A stretch of DNA of 64,000 bases from Minisyncoccota bacterium (lineage in GTDB: Bacteria; Patescibacteriota; Minisyncoccia; Phycocordibacterales; UBA5272). This document shows positions 51,335 to 61,843 of the stretch, piece after piece. The notes below the pieces were generated by a model. That model did not search any database, was not told where the DNA came from, and worked only from the letters and a program-made list of their open reading frames with translations. The first letter of the stretch is position 1, and each line of letters begins with the position of its first letter. A program made the position numbers and the translations under genes. Location of the stretch: contig JBAZJW010000001.1 of the NCBI GenBank assembly GCA_041651055.1, positions 373,325 through 437,324 of the forward strand, read 5' to 3'.

Positions 51335-51625
51335 TTATTCGAACGAGTCGAACTGGTCGAGTGGGAACCAAAACACATGTTCCGGATGAAGGAATGGCAA
51401 AATGCCGAAATTCACAACGATGGCGTCCTGCAGTGTGCAAACCCCACAGACGACCAACCCTTCACGAAGAGGCAGCAGGGTTTTCCCGTTCGCCTCAACG
51501 ATCACAGAAGATACTGTGTGTGCCTTGAAAAAGACAACAGGTCTTCGCATTTCCGGTAAACGAAGAACATCGCCGACTTGAACACCTTGTTGGGTGGTGC
51601 TCGCCCCACTTCTCGATAGTTCCAT
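51335..51625 (-). CDS. orphan protein with SD and sigma70 promoter
   Basis: TTGACC-18-TACAAT and AAAAGGAGAGTCCATC-ATG. Confidence 0.55.
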   Translation of the reverse strand: MELSRSGASTTQQGVQVGDVLRLPEMRRPVVFFKAHTVSSVIVEANGKTLLPLREGLVVCGVCTLQDAIVVNFGILPFLHPEHVFWFPLDQFDSFE

Positions 51626-51752
51626 GATGGACTCTCCTTTTCTGGCGCCATTGTACTAGTGAATAAAGCCTAGGTCAATTATATGGTGTTTGAATATAAA
51701 AAAGCCGCCAGGATTCTGGCAGCAGAAAAGGATCACCTTCTAAGAGACATCT

Positions 51753-52163
51753 TCATCTCGCCGCACGGCATTTACCCCGGCGAGGAGAGATACGGTGACC
51801 GTATCTATTCATGACATGTTCCGGCAGGATAAGTCCTTGCCTGTTCCACTCACAAACAACGAGCCATTTTTTTATCCCTCTTTCTGTTATCACAGAGAGG
51901 AGAGAATACCGGAGCCCATTCGGCCCATACAAAAAAGTCAGGCCTTGCTTCGGTACCTGGAGGTTGACCTGCCTTCCCGTTCCCGCATAAGAGCAGTGAA
52001 CCGGAAACAAGTCTTCTTTGTCGGCGCAACGAGCGATCGTCACAATCTTCGGCCCTTCGCAAAGCTTTGCAGTTGCAAAGGCTTCAAACAAGATAATTTT
52101 AAAGGTCCCGTTTTCGGACATGCCGTGTATTGATGGCACATGTTTCAGTTCATCCATACCCAT
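51753..52163 (-). CDS. orphan protein with SD and sigma70 promoter
   Basis: TTGCAA-17-TATTAT and AAAAGGAGTAAAAA-ATG; hairpin GCCGCCAGGATTCTGGCAGC downstream. Confidence 0.55.
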   Translation of the reverse strand: MGMDELKHVPSIHGMSENGTFKIILFEAFATAKLCEGPKIVTIARCADKEDLFPVHCSYAGTGRQVNLQVPKQGLTFLYGPNGLRYSLLSVITERGIKKWLVVCEWNRQGLILPEHVMNRYGHRISPRRGKCRAAR

Positions 52164-52330
52164 TTTTTACTCCTTTTCTTCTGGAAAACAAAATTCGCAC
52201 TAGAAGTATTTCAGGTGCGACACTTTCTAATAATAACACGAAAAGACACTTTTTGCAAGCCCTCTCTTTTTGTCCAGATCTTGCCTAGATTTCATAGTTT
52301 TTTCTTACATAGGGCCACCCTATGTAAGAA

Positions 52331-53356
52331 CTACCCGATAAAGTTCACTTCCCTTTCCAGATGAATATCCGTTGCTTCGGAAACTTTTTCGGTAATTAAT
52401 GTAGCAAAAGCGTCAAGTTCCTCATACGTCGCATCGCCATAATTTACGATTACAAGCGGCTGTGCTGGCCATGTGCCGACATTTCCCACTGTCACCCCTT
52501 TCATCTGTGTCACGTGCTCTATAAGCCATGCTGAGGGCACCTTGTATCCGCCCTCTACATCGTGAATAGGCATATCACACCACTTCGCACGCATAGCATA
52601 TGCTTGAGACCTCGTTACAATAGGATTCTTAAAAAATGACCCCGCATTCGGATAGGTTTTGTAATCTGGAAGCTTCTCGGCACGTGTACGGAGAACAAGA
52701 TCTCGCACGTCGTTCGGTGTCAGGTCTTGTTTTAAAGTAAGTGTATCGAGTGGCTTGTAGGTAAGTTTTGGATTCTTGGTTTTGGAAAGTTTCATCGTTG
52801 CCTCTGTGATGATGTATCTCCCTTTTTCACGCTTGAATAGTGAATCGCGATATCCGAACTGACACGCATCATTTGAAAAAGAAACGAATTCCATGGTTGT
52901 GATGTCATATGCGCGGAGTGATACGAATACATCTTTAAGCTCCACTCCATACGCGCCGATATTTTGTACAGGAGAAGCACCGACTGTCCCTGGTACACCA
53001 GAAAGATTTTCTATTCCCCACAAATTAGCATCTACGGAAAACTTCACCACATCATCCCACTTCTCCCCTGCTCCGACAGTGAGAAGCACCTCGTCGGCTT
53101 CTGTTTTTTCTGTTGACTGCTGATTGCTGACTGTTGACTGTTTTTTAATTTCCATTTTTACAATCAACAGGTCCGGAAGTATATTTTTAAAAACAGTGTT
53201 CGTTCCTTCACCGAGAACATGAACGCGTAGATTGTTGGCCTTCGCATAATCACACGCTTCACCGAGAGAAACCTCCGAGGTCACGGTCACCATATCTGCC
53301 TCTCCACCAATGTGAAGCGATGTGTAATCTTTAAGAGAGACGTGCTGTATATTCAT
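52331..53356 (-). CDS. murB: UDP-N-acetylmuramate dehydrogenase
   Basis: IGGEA, LGEGTN, PGTVGASPVQNIGAYG, FGYRDS and NAGSFFKNP. Confidence 0.96.
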   Translation of the reverse strand: MNIQHVSLKDYTSLHIGGEADMVTVTSEVSLGEACDYAKANNLRVHVLGEGTNTVFKNILPDLLIVKMEIKKQSTVSNQQSTEKTEADEVLLTVGAGEKWDDVVKFSVDANLWGIENLSGVPGTVGASPVQNIGAYGVELKDVFVSLRAYDITTMEFVSFSNDACQFGYRDSLFKREKGRYIITEATMKLSKTKNPKLTYKPLDTLTLKQDLTPNDVRDLVLRTRAEKLPDYKTYPNAGSFFKNPIVTRSQAYAMRAKWCDMPIHDVEGGYKVPSAWLIEHVTQMKGVTVGNVGTWPAQPLVIVNYGDATYEELDAFATLITEKVSEATDIHLEREVNFIG

Positions 53357-53408
53357 ATCTCCATGATATCAAAACAAATACACTTCGTATACGAAGTGTA
53401 TTTGTTGG

Positions 53409-53607
53409 TGGTGCGCGGTCCTGGATTCTCCGACAAGTTTCGTCTCGTCGCCACTCAACGAACTCGCCGGCCGCCGCTCGTGGTTTTTCTTGCTAGAAAA
53501 ACATCACTGCGCCCTTTCGAATCCAGACGAAACATGTGCAGACATGTTTCTGACCGCGCACTAAAAAGAAAAACCCCTCCTCTGTCGAGGGGGATTTTTC
53601 TTTTTAG
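53409..53607 (-). repeat. tRNA-Ile 3'-associated structured element
   Basis: Hairpin, antisense 3' end (53516-53560) split by AGAAACATGT-CTGC-ACATGTTTCG, conserved AAACCACGAGCGGCGGCCGGCGA, and direct repeat GAATCCAGGACCGCGCA-CCA. Confidence 0.85.
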
Positions 53608-53680
53608 TGCGCGGTCCTGGATTCGAACCAGGGACCGCTCGAGTATCAGTCGAGTGCTCTACCAGCTGAGCTAACCGCGC
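53608..53680 (-). tRNA. tRNA-Ile(GAT)
   Basis: GCGCGGTTAGCTCAGCTGGTAGAGCA CTCGA-CTGATAC-TCGAG ..GGTTCGAATCCAGGACCGCGCA; no encoded CCA. Confidence 0.94.
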
Positions 53681-53960
53681 TTTTTTATATTACTACCTAC
53701 CGACTTTGTGCACGTTTTAACAATCTACCACCTGTGTCAAAAGTTTGCTAACTTTTGACATCTTCGCGGCCGAGCCATCTCGAGCTAACCGCGCATATTT
53801 TATTTAACTACCCACACACTTCATACACGTTTGAACAATCTACCAGCTTGCGTCTTGTTCTTGCTGAACCAAGACATCTTCGCGCAATTACACGTCTCGT
53901 GTCCTTCGTCTGGTGACTACGGACATCTTCGGTGCTCTTCGCACCTCGAGCTAACCGCAC
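53681..53960 (-). repeat. two tandem tRNA-Ile 5'-associated elements
   Basis: GYGCGGTTAGCTC at 53782-53794 and 53948-53960, each followed on the minus strand by an insert and AGSTGGTAGA. Confidence 0.85.
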
Positions 53961-54107
53961 TCTCCCAGATAAAACATAACTTTCAACGCACGTGTCACAA
54001 AATACTACCATAAAAATGACGAAGTAGAAAGCCCTTGGGCACGACTTGATTAATATGATATTTTGTTGTAGAAATAGACCACAGTTCATTCAACTAAGGA
54101 GACCACT

Positions 54108-54524
54108 ATGGCAACGGGATTCCAAAAATCAACGACCAAAACAAAGAGGGCTGCAACCGCAATAACACAGCAAAGCAATCAAACAATGGAGCACCACATT
54201 TGGTGCATACATACGGAGGACGATATAACCCAAAACGAAATCACTGTCTATTTCTCAAACAAAGGAGAGTCCGGCTTTAGCAAGACAAGAATTTTCTACA
54301 ACTGCAAAGAGCTTCATGTGTTCATGGTTTCATTTGCATTTGTCATGCACTTAAACAAAAATGAAGCTCAGAGGCCATACAAATTCACAGCCTATCATAA
54401 AGAAAGCAAAGGGAGACCTTGGGCGTTATGGAAAGGCGGAGAGAAGACAGTGCCGAAACAACTCAGAAAGGTTACACACCTCATCTTCGGCAAAGGTTCT
54501 CCTCTCAAAACAAAAAATGGATAG
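54108..54524 (+). CDS. orphan protein with SD
   Basis: CAACTAAGGAGACCACT-ATG; hairpin AAGCCGGA...TCCGGCTTTT after the stop. Confidence 0.6.
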   Translation: MATGFQKSTTKTKRAATAITQQSNQTMEHHIWCIHTEDDITQNEITVYFSNKGESGFSKTRIFYNCKELHVFMVSFAFVMHLNKNEAQRPYKFTAYHKESKGRPWALWKGGEKTVPKQLRKVTHLIFGKGSPLKTKNG

Positions 54525-54892
54525 GCAAGAACGGAGAAAGCCGGATCGCAATGACGCGTCCGGCTTTTATATTAGTTTACACTAATACATATCGCAAGTA
54601 TTCAAACTATGAGGGTTCATAATTAAGATACTTCTGATATCTATTAAGGAAAACATCTTTCTACACAAAGACAAGGGTAGGCCACGTTTTTTGTAGTGAT
54701 TGTTTTATACATTACTAACATTGTGCTTTCTATTGATCTTTCTTTTGTCACACTCTAGCGCTTGCGCGACTTTTGTTACATTTCGTAGTAACACGAACTG
54801 GTGTTTAAGGATCACCGGTCAAGTCCTCATCTAAAACTTAAATAATCGACAAGATTCGTACACCGTACTAAAACGTATGTAGAACAATTTCA

Positions 54893-56640
<1,748 letters not shown>

Positions 56641-56944
56641 AGAGTGTGACAAAAGAAAAAACAAAAAAATGCACAATGTTTATGTAATGTATTGTGAAGC
56701 GTCACTTCAGTTCTTTTTTATGTTTAGAATTTCTAAAACAAAAAAGGAGCTGAACAGCTTCTATTAAAATTTCAAATGACTACAATTACTGCTCACTGCT
56801 TATGAGTAAGAAGTAGGACTATTCTATACTGTGCAGCACGTAAAGTCAAGCTTCTAATCAACAACACAAGCCATAACAGACAAACTTTTACAATATCCAC
56901 AGATATGCTTGCCATTTAAGGCTATTTTGATTAAACTCGTAGCA

Positions 56945-57622
56945 ATGAATCCCCATCCGATTCCTATCATAGCTATCGATGGGACAACTGCCTCTGGGAA
57001 AGGAACCATCGCTTACAAGCTTGCTCAACATTTTGGATTCAATTACTTAAATTCAGGAGCACTCTACAGACTCGTTGCATATGAAGCAATGACACAAGGA
57101 GTGGCACTTGATGATAAAGAAGGTCTTATTGAAATAGCAAAACATATCGACCCACATTTTCATAACAAAGAAGTTATTATTAATGGTGACGATGTGTGGC
57201 CAATCATAGGAACACAAACCTATGGAAACCCTGCGAGCATTGTGAGTCGTATCCCTGAAGTCAGAGATGCTATTTTCGGTAGGCAGCGCGACATGATACA
57301 GCCCCCAGGTCTTGTGGCTGAAGGACGAGATATGTGCACAAACGTATTTCAAGATGCTGGTATAAAAATTTACTTCGATGCAGATGCAAAAATTCGCGCA
57401 GAAAGACGATATAAAGACGAACAGGAAAGTAAAAGCGGAAAAACCTTTGAACAAATACTTGAAGAAGTGCACTCGCGAGACGAACGAGACAAAAACAAAC
57501 CTGTTGGAAGGCTATACCCTGACCCAGAAGCTCTTATTCTCGACTCTACACGCATGACACGAGAAGAAGTACTGGAAGCATGTATCGGGTGGTGTGAAGA
57601 GAAAGGTTTGGTTAAGTCTTAA
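56945..57622 (+). CDS. cmk: cytidylate kinase
   Basis: IAIDGTTASGKGT, LNSGALYR, VAEGRDM and RDERD. Confidence 0.95.
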   Translation: MNPHPIPIIAIDGTTASGKGTIAYKLAQHFGFNYLNSGALYRLVAYEAMTQGVALDDKEGLIEIAKHIDPHFHNKEVIINGDDVWPIIGTQTYGNPASIVSRIPEVRDAIFGRQRDMIQPPGLVAEGRDMCTNVFQDAGIKIYFDADAKIRAERRYKDEQESKSGKTFEQILEEVHSRDERDKNKPVGRLYPDPEALILDSTRMTREEVLEACIGWCEEKGLVKS

Positions 57623-57680
57623 AAATAAAAACACAAAGAGCGGCCACGAAGTGGCCGCTCTTTGTGTTTTTACCTATAAA

Positions 57681-58247
57681 TTATTTACCTTTTGTTTGAT
57701 AAAAACGCACACTCATAATCATGAGTACACTGAGAAACCCGAATAGTACAAACGACATGAACGGGAAGGTTACGAAGCCATATTCAACGAACGATGGCTT
57801 GGCACAATCAACAGCAAACGGTGCCGTAGAGCATGGTTTGTAAATGTTGTAGCCCAATTGAAGTATGTGGTGATACCCTGCCAAAACAAGTCCTAAAACC
57901 GAAAGCAAAAGCGTATACGGAATAACAGCTCTATCCTTTCGCAACCATGCATAGCCAAACAAGAACATTTGAGGGTACAAGAATATTCTTTGATACCAGC
58001 ACAGTTCACACGGAGCGTAATGAAATACTTCAGAGTATACAAGAGAAAGAACAACACCGAGTAGCGATAATGCGAAACCAAGAGGAAGAATGTTTTTTGC
58101 GACGCATGAGAAATAGTTGTTTTCTTTTTTGTTCATAATCGCGTAGATAACAAACAAAAATAAACCTGCGACAAATACAGCCCCGGCAACTGTAACACCC
58201 GATAGAAAATGAGTAGCAGCCAAATCAAACGCGGTATGTTCTTGCAT
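57681..58247 (-). CDS. disulfide bond formation protein B (DsbB/BdbC-like)
   Basis: SLVYSE..HYAPCELCWYQRIFLYP, a second Cys pair, and TFPFMS. Confidence 0.9.
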   Translation of the reverse strand: MQEHTAFDLAATHFLSGVTVAGAVFVAGLFLFVIYAIMNKKENNYFSCVAKNILPLGFALSLLGVVLSLVYSEVFHYAPCELCWYQRIFLYPQMFLFGYAWLRKDRAVIPYTLLLSVLGLVLAGYHHILQLGYNIYKPCSTAPFAVDCAKPSFVEYGFVTFPFMSFVLFGFLSVLMIMSVRFYQTKGK

Positions 58248-58340
58248 ATGGGGTAAGTATATAGCAAACAGCGGGAAGCTGGAAGCCAAAAGATAGAGGC
58301 TGAAAACTTGGAACACAAAAACACACTGAAAGATTATGTA

Positions 58341-58868
58341 CTAAACAGCAAGAGATTCTTTTATGAATGTAATTTCTGGAGCAATGTGTTTACCGAGAAG
58401 AAGCACTTCTGCCACAAATTTATCACCAGATAACATTTTCTCAAAAAGAATTTTATCTGCGGGCATCATTTCTTCATATGGCATATCCTGTGGTGCGAAA
58501 AATAGAGGAGGACCCATTTCCCTTCCCTCCACCATATCGCCAGACCATGTATGTAAGAAGAAAAAAGATACTGTCATAAAAGGAGAGGTCGTTTCTTCTT
58601 TTTGTATATAAAAGTATGCACGAAATGCAAGATCCAAATCTTCTTTCTTTGCATTCACTCCGGACTCATCGTGCAACTCACGGATAGCAGTGTCAAAAAT
58701 ATCTCCGTCGATATCTTCCTTCTTCCCTCCATAGCCGTTGTAAAGTCCGAGACTGTATTCTATTTCTCCACTTTCGTGATGTATGGCCTGCTTTTTACGA
58801 GCCAGACACACCTGCCCAGACTCGTTTACGAGAAGCACGACGGTAGCTTCTGTTTTTGGGCGTTCCAT
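58341..58868 (-). CDS. NUDIX hydrolase (MTH1-like)
   Basis: YNGYGGKKE...AIRELHDESG, EMGP and PYEEMMPAD. Confidence 0.85.
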   Translation of the reverse strand: MERPKTEATVVLLVNESGQVCLARKKQAIHHESGEIEYSLGLYNGYGGKKEDIDGDIFDTAIRELHDESGVNAKKEDLDLAFRAYFYIQKEETTSPFMTVSFFFLHTWSGDMVEGREMGPPLFFAPQDMPYEEMMPADKILFEKMLSGDKFVAEVLLLGKHIAPEITFIKESLAV

Positions 58869-58889
58869 GTCTTGTAGTGTACTCTATTG

Positions 58890-59096
58890 TTAAAAAATAT
58901 CCTTATCCAATCTTGACTGGCGAACAATAGATAAAAAAGTTCCTACTGGTATCTCTCTTTTGTTCATCGGAACAATAACCACATATGATAATGACACATT
59001 GCAAAACTTTCCATGGCTCCCCTTTTGGGAAACAAAAATAAACCCATGATTCTCAAGAGTTTTTATGATTTCTTTAGATGATTTTAGCCTAGGCAT
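58890..59096 (-). CDS. HicA-family toxin
   Basis: LENHGFIFVSQKGSH...VPM...EIPVGTFLSIVRQ. Confidence 0.88.
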   Translation of the reverse strand: MPRLKSSKEIIKTLENHGFIFVSQKGSHGKFCNVSLSYVVIVPMNKREIPVGTFLSIVRQSRLDKDIF

Positions 59097-59307
59097 ACAA
59101 AGAAGTTTCAAAAATAGCCGGAGTCCCTATTTTTGTTATCTTCTTAAGAGCGCTTATATCTTCAAAATAAAGCTCTAACGCTTCTTGTAAATTATTCTCT
59201 GCAGTTTTTTTAGTAGAACCAAAAGAAGAAACATCTACGTTTAGACACTGTGCAACGTAGTGCTTTCCTTCTTTCCAAACGACATTTCTTAAACTGATTT
59301 TTTTCAT
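59089..59307 (-). CDS. HicB-family antitoxin (short)
   Basis: VVWKEGKHYVAQCLNVDVSSFGST...NLQEALELYFED; overlaps the toxin start. Confidence 0.88.
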   Translation of the reverse strand: MKKISLRNVVWKEGKHYVAQCLNVDVSSFGSTKKTAENNLQEALELYFEDISALKKITKIGTPAIFETSLYA

Positions 59308-59387
59308 AATGTTATTATACAATAATAACCAACAGCCCACAAAAGCGCGACCCTTCGGGTCGCGCTTTTGTATTGTATCTGTATTCT

Positions 59388-59561
59388 AAAAAGTCAGAAA
59401 TTGTTTTAGCTACAAGGCACAGAAAATTTTTACGACTAAGGCGTACACCTAGTACGACGCATGTCTAGGAGCGAAGAGCGACGAAGAGTTCTGGGGCTAG
59501 CAAGCAAAAGAACACGAAAAATTTTCTGTAACGCAGTAGATGAAATAATTTATGACTTTTT
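59388..59561. mobile_element. ERIC/RPE-like palindromic element, copy 4, with nested insert
   Basis: AATTGTTTTAGCTACAAGGC..GACTAAGGCGTACACCTAGTACG..AACGCAGTAGATGAAATAATT, plus an extra ~40 nt containing GAGCGAAGAGCGACGAAGA. Confidence 0.75.
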
Positions 59562-60434
59562 TTACTTTTTACTGTTCCAGACGGTTAGTAGTGGTGAAGC
59601 CACAAAGATTGAAGAATATGTTCCCACAATCATTCCCACAATGAGTGTTAAAGTAAACCACTTCGTCATTTCAGGACCAAAGAAGAAGAGAGCGAGAAGC
59701 GCAAGAACCACAGTCACCGATGTGTTAATCGACCGTGTGAAAGTCTGCCTCAAACTCATTCCCACAATCTCTTCGAAGGAAGATTTCTTACTGCCATTCT
59801 TTAAGTTCTCACGAATTCTATCGAACACCACAATTTTATCCGAAATAGAAATACCGATAATAGTAAGGAGCGCAATAATAAACAATGTATCTATCTCTGC
59901 TCCATACTTGTGCGAGAGAAGTACATACACCCCTGTCGGCACCGTGATGTCATGAAGCAGTGTCACCATAGCAATCACTCCATATTTCCACGATGAAACC
60001 GGCTCTGACACTTCACGGAACGAGAATGCGATGAAAGCGAGAATTGCCAAGACTACGACAATAAGTGCAATGATGGCTTTCTTTGTCATTTCAGCACCAA
60101 GTGTTGGGCCGACAGTGTTTACCTGTGTGAACTGGAATGGAGTCCTATTGTTCACATTTCCAAGTGAAGAAATAATAGGACTGATGGCTTCGTATGTCTT
60201 TGCAGATACGAAACGATATGTTGTGTCTCCTGTTTTGTAGAGAGTGATGCCGTCTGCTTCAAATGATGAAGAAGAAAGTGCAGGAACTTCTTTCTCATAC
60301 GTAATATCAACAACAGATCCTCCTGTAAAATCGATGCCACGTTTTATTCCATATGAAGACATAAGGAATAAAGAACCGATAACAAGGGCGATTGAGAGAC
60401 CGATGAAGAATGTTTTATATTTAAGGATGTACAT
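59562..60434 (-). CDS. secF: protein translocase subunit SecF
   Basis: GIDFTGG, VGPTLG, LLHD, DKIVVFDRIREN, TRSINTS and GTYSSIFVASP. Confidence 0.96.
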   Translation of the reverse strand: MYILKYKTFFIGLSIALVIGSLFLMSSYGIKRGIDFTGGSVVDITYEKEVPALSSSSFEADGITLYKTGDTTYRFVSAKTYEAISPIISSLGNVNNRTPFQFTQVNTVGPTLGAEMTKKAIIALIVVVLAILAFIAFSFREVSEPVSSWKYGVIAMVTLLHDITVPTGVYVLLSHKYGAEIDTLFIIALLTIIGISISDKIVVFDRIRENLKNGSKKSSFEEIVGMSLRQTFTRSINTSVTVVLALLALFFFGPEMTKWFTLTLIVGMIVGTYSSIFVASPLLTVWNSKK

Positions 60435-60488
60435 AATGTTAGGAGTTAAGGGTTAGGAGCTGTGAGCAAATACATGCAATACACACGA

Positions 60489-61778
60489 TTACTTTGTGTG
60501 AAATCCTGAACTAAAGAAGAACTTCATCAATCGACTTGTTGATTTATTTGCTATCGCTCGCATAAATACGCGAGTAACTAACTGTGCTGAGATAAGTGAC
60601 ACGACAGCACCCAAGAAGAACGTAAAGGCGAAACCTTTCACAACGGATGTTCCCATCCAGAAAAGAATTACCGATACGATAATCGCCGCAATGTGTGAGT
60701 CACGAATAGACGTCCACGCTCGTGCGAAGCCTGCCTCCACCGCATCAATAAGTCCTTTACCATTTCGTATTTCTTCTTTCATACGTTCGAAAGTGAGAAC
60801 GTTCGCGTCCACTGCGAGCCCTACCGAAATAATAAATCCTGCGATACCTGCTGAGGTAAGCGTAACGGGAATCACCTTAAAGAGCGCAAGCATAATCGCA
60901 GAGTAGGTTACAAGACCGAGTGACGCCATTACACCTGGCAATCTATACCATACAATCATGAAGATAATAACGAGAAGGAATCCGATAACCGCAGCCTTCA
61001 CACCAGCGTCCACTGCAGACGTACCAAGTGTCGGACCGACAATAGTCGTACCTGAAAGTGTGATCGGAAGTGGAAGAGCTCCAGCATTCAATCGTCCGAC
61101 CAAGGTGCGAGCCTCTTCTACGGTAAAGCTTCCAGAGATGACGGCTTTACCTCCCGTAATTTCTTCATTAACGGTTGGAGCTGAAATTGGCATACCGTCC
61201 AAGAAGATGGCTACCTGCTTACCGATATTTGCTTTTGTAATTGCTGCAAAAAGATTACTTCCTTCATTGTTGAACTGAAGAGAAACTTGTGGCTTGTTCG
61301 TTGTCTGATCAAAAACAAGTGTTGCCTTATCCAAGTAACGACCAGTAAGTGGTGATGGTTCGAAACTTTGAATGAATTCTAAAGTCGAAGTCCCTGTTGT
61401 AGCTGCACCCTTCTTTGGTGTACGGAATTCAAGCACTGGAGTCTCTCCGATCATCTTGGAAGCCTGTGCGACGTCAGTCACGCCAGGAAGTTCTACGATT
61501 AGACGCCATTCACTTGAAAGTCGCGAATACTGCGTAGTCACCGTCGGTTCACGCACACCGAAGAGATTCACACGACGTTCCACCACGTCACGAAGTGATG
61601 AAACACTTTCTGTGACATCAGTACCCTCCGGTAATGTTCCTGTTTCTATTTTATAGGTAAGAGCAGAACCTCCTGCGAGATCAAGCCCTAAAACGAAATC
61701 CTTTCCTCCTTTTACTAAAAAATATCCAATCGCAACCGTTGCCAAAATAACCCATACTGCCTTGATTTTTTGCTTCAT
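60489..61778 (-). CDS. secD: protein translocase subunit SecD
   Basis: LGLDLAGG, IVELPG, AGALP, VGPTLG and AVDANVLTFERMKEE. Confidence 0.96.
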   Translation of the reverse strand: MKQKIKAVWVILATVAIGYFLVKGGKDFVLGLDLAGGSALTYKIETGTLPEGTDVTESVSSLRDVVERRVNLFGVREPTVTTQYSRLSSEWRLIVELPGVTDVAQASKMIGETPVLEFRTPKKGAATTGTSTLEFIQSFEPSPLTGRYLDKATLVFDQTTNKPQVSLQFNNEGSNLFAAITKANIGKQVAIFLDGMPISAPTVNEEITGGKAVISGSFTVEEARTLVGRLNAGALPLPITLSGTTIVGPTLGTSAVDAGVKAAVIGFLLVIIFMIVWYRLPGVMASLGLVTYSAIMLALFKVIPVTLTSAGIAGFIISVGLAVDANVLTFERMKEEIRNGKGLIDAVEAGFARAWTSIRDSHIAAIIVSVILFWMGTSVVKGFAFTFFLGAVVSLISAQLVTRVFMRAIANKSTSRLMKFFFSSGFHTK

Positions 61779-61843
61779 ATGGGATGTATTCTAGCACAAA
61801 AACTACCGCAAAAAAATAGACCAAATACTATACCGCATATCTA

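Noticed and set aside
51730-51741. GGATCACCTTCT as a displaced 16S 3' end
   Set aside because: It is on the opposite strand, 3 kb away and outside the processing stem, with no adjacent helix 45; probably chance.
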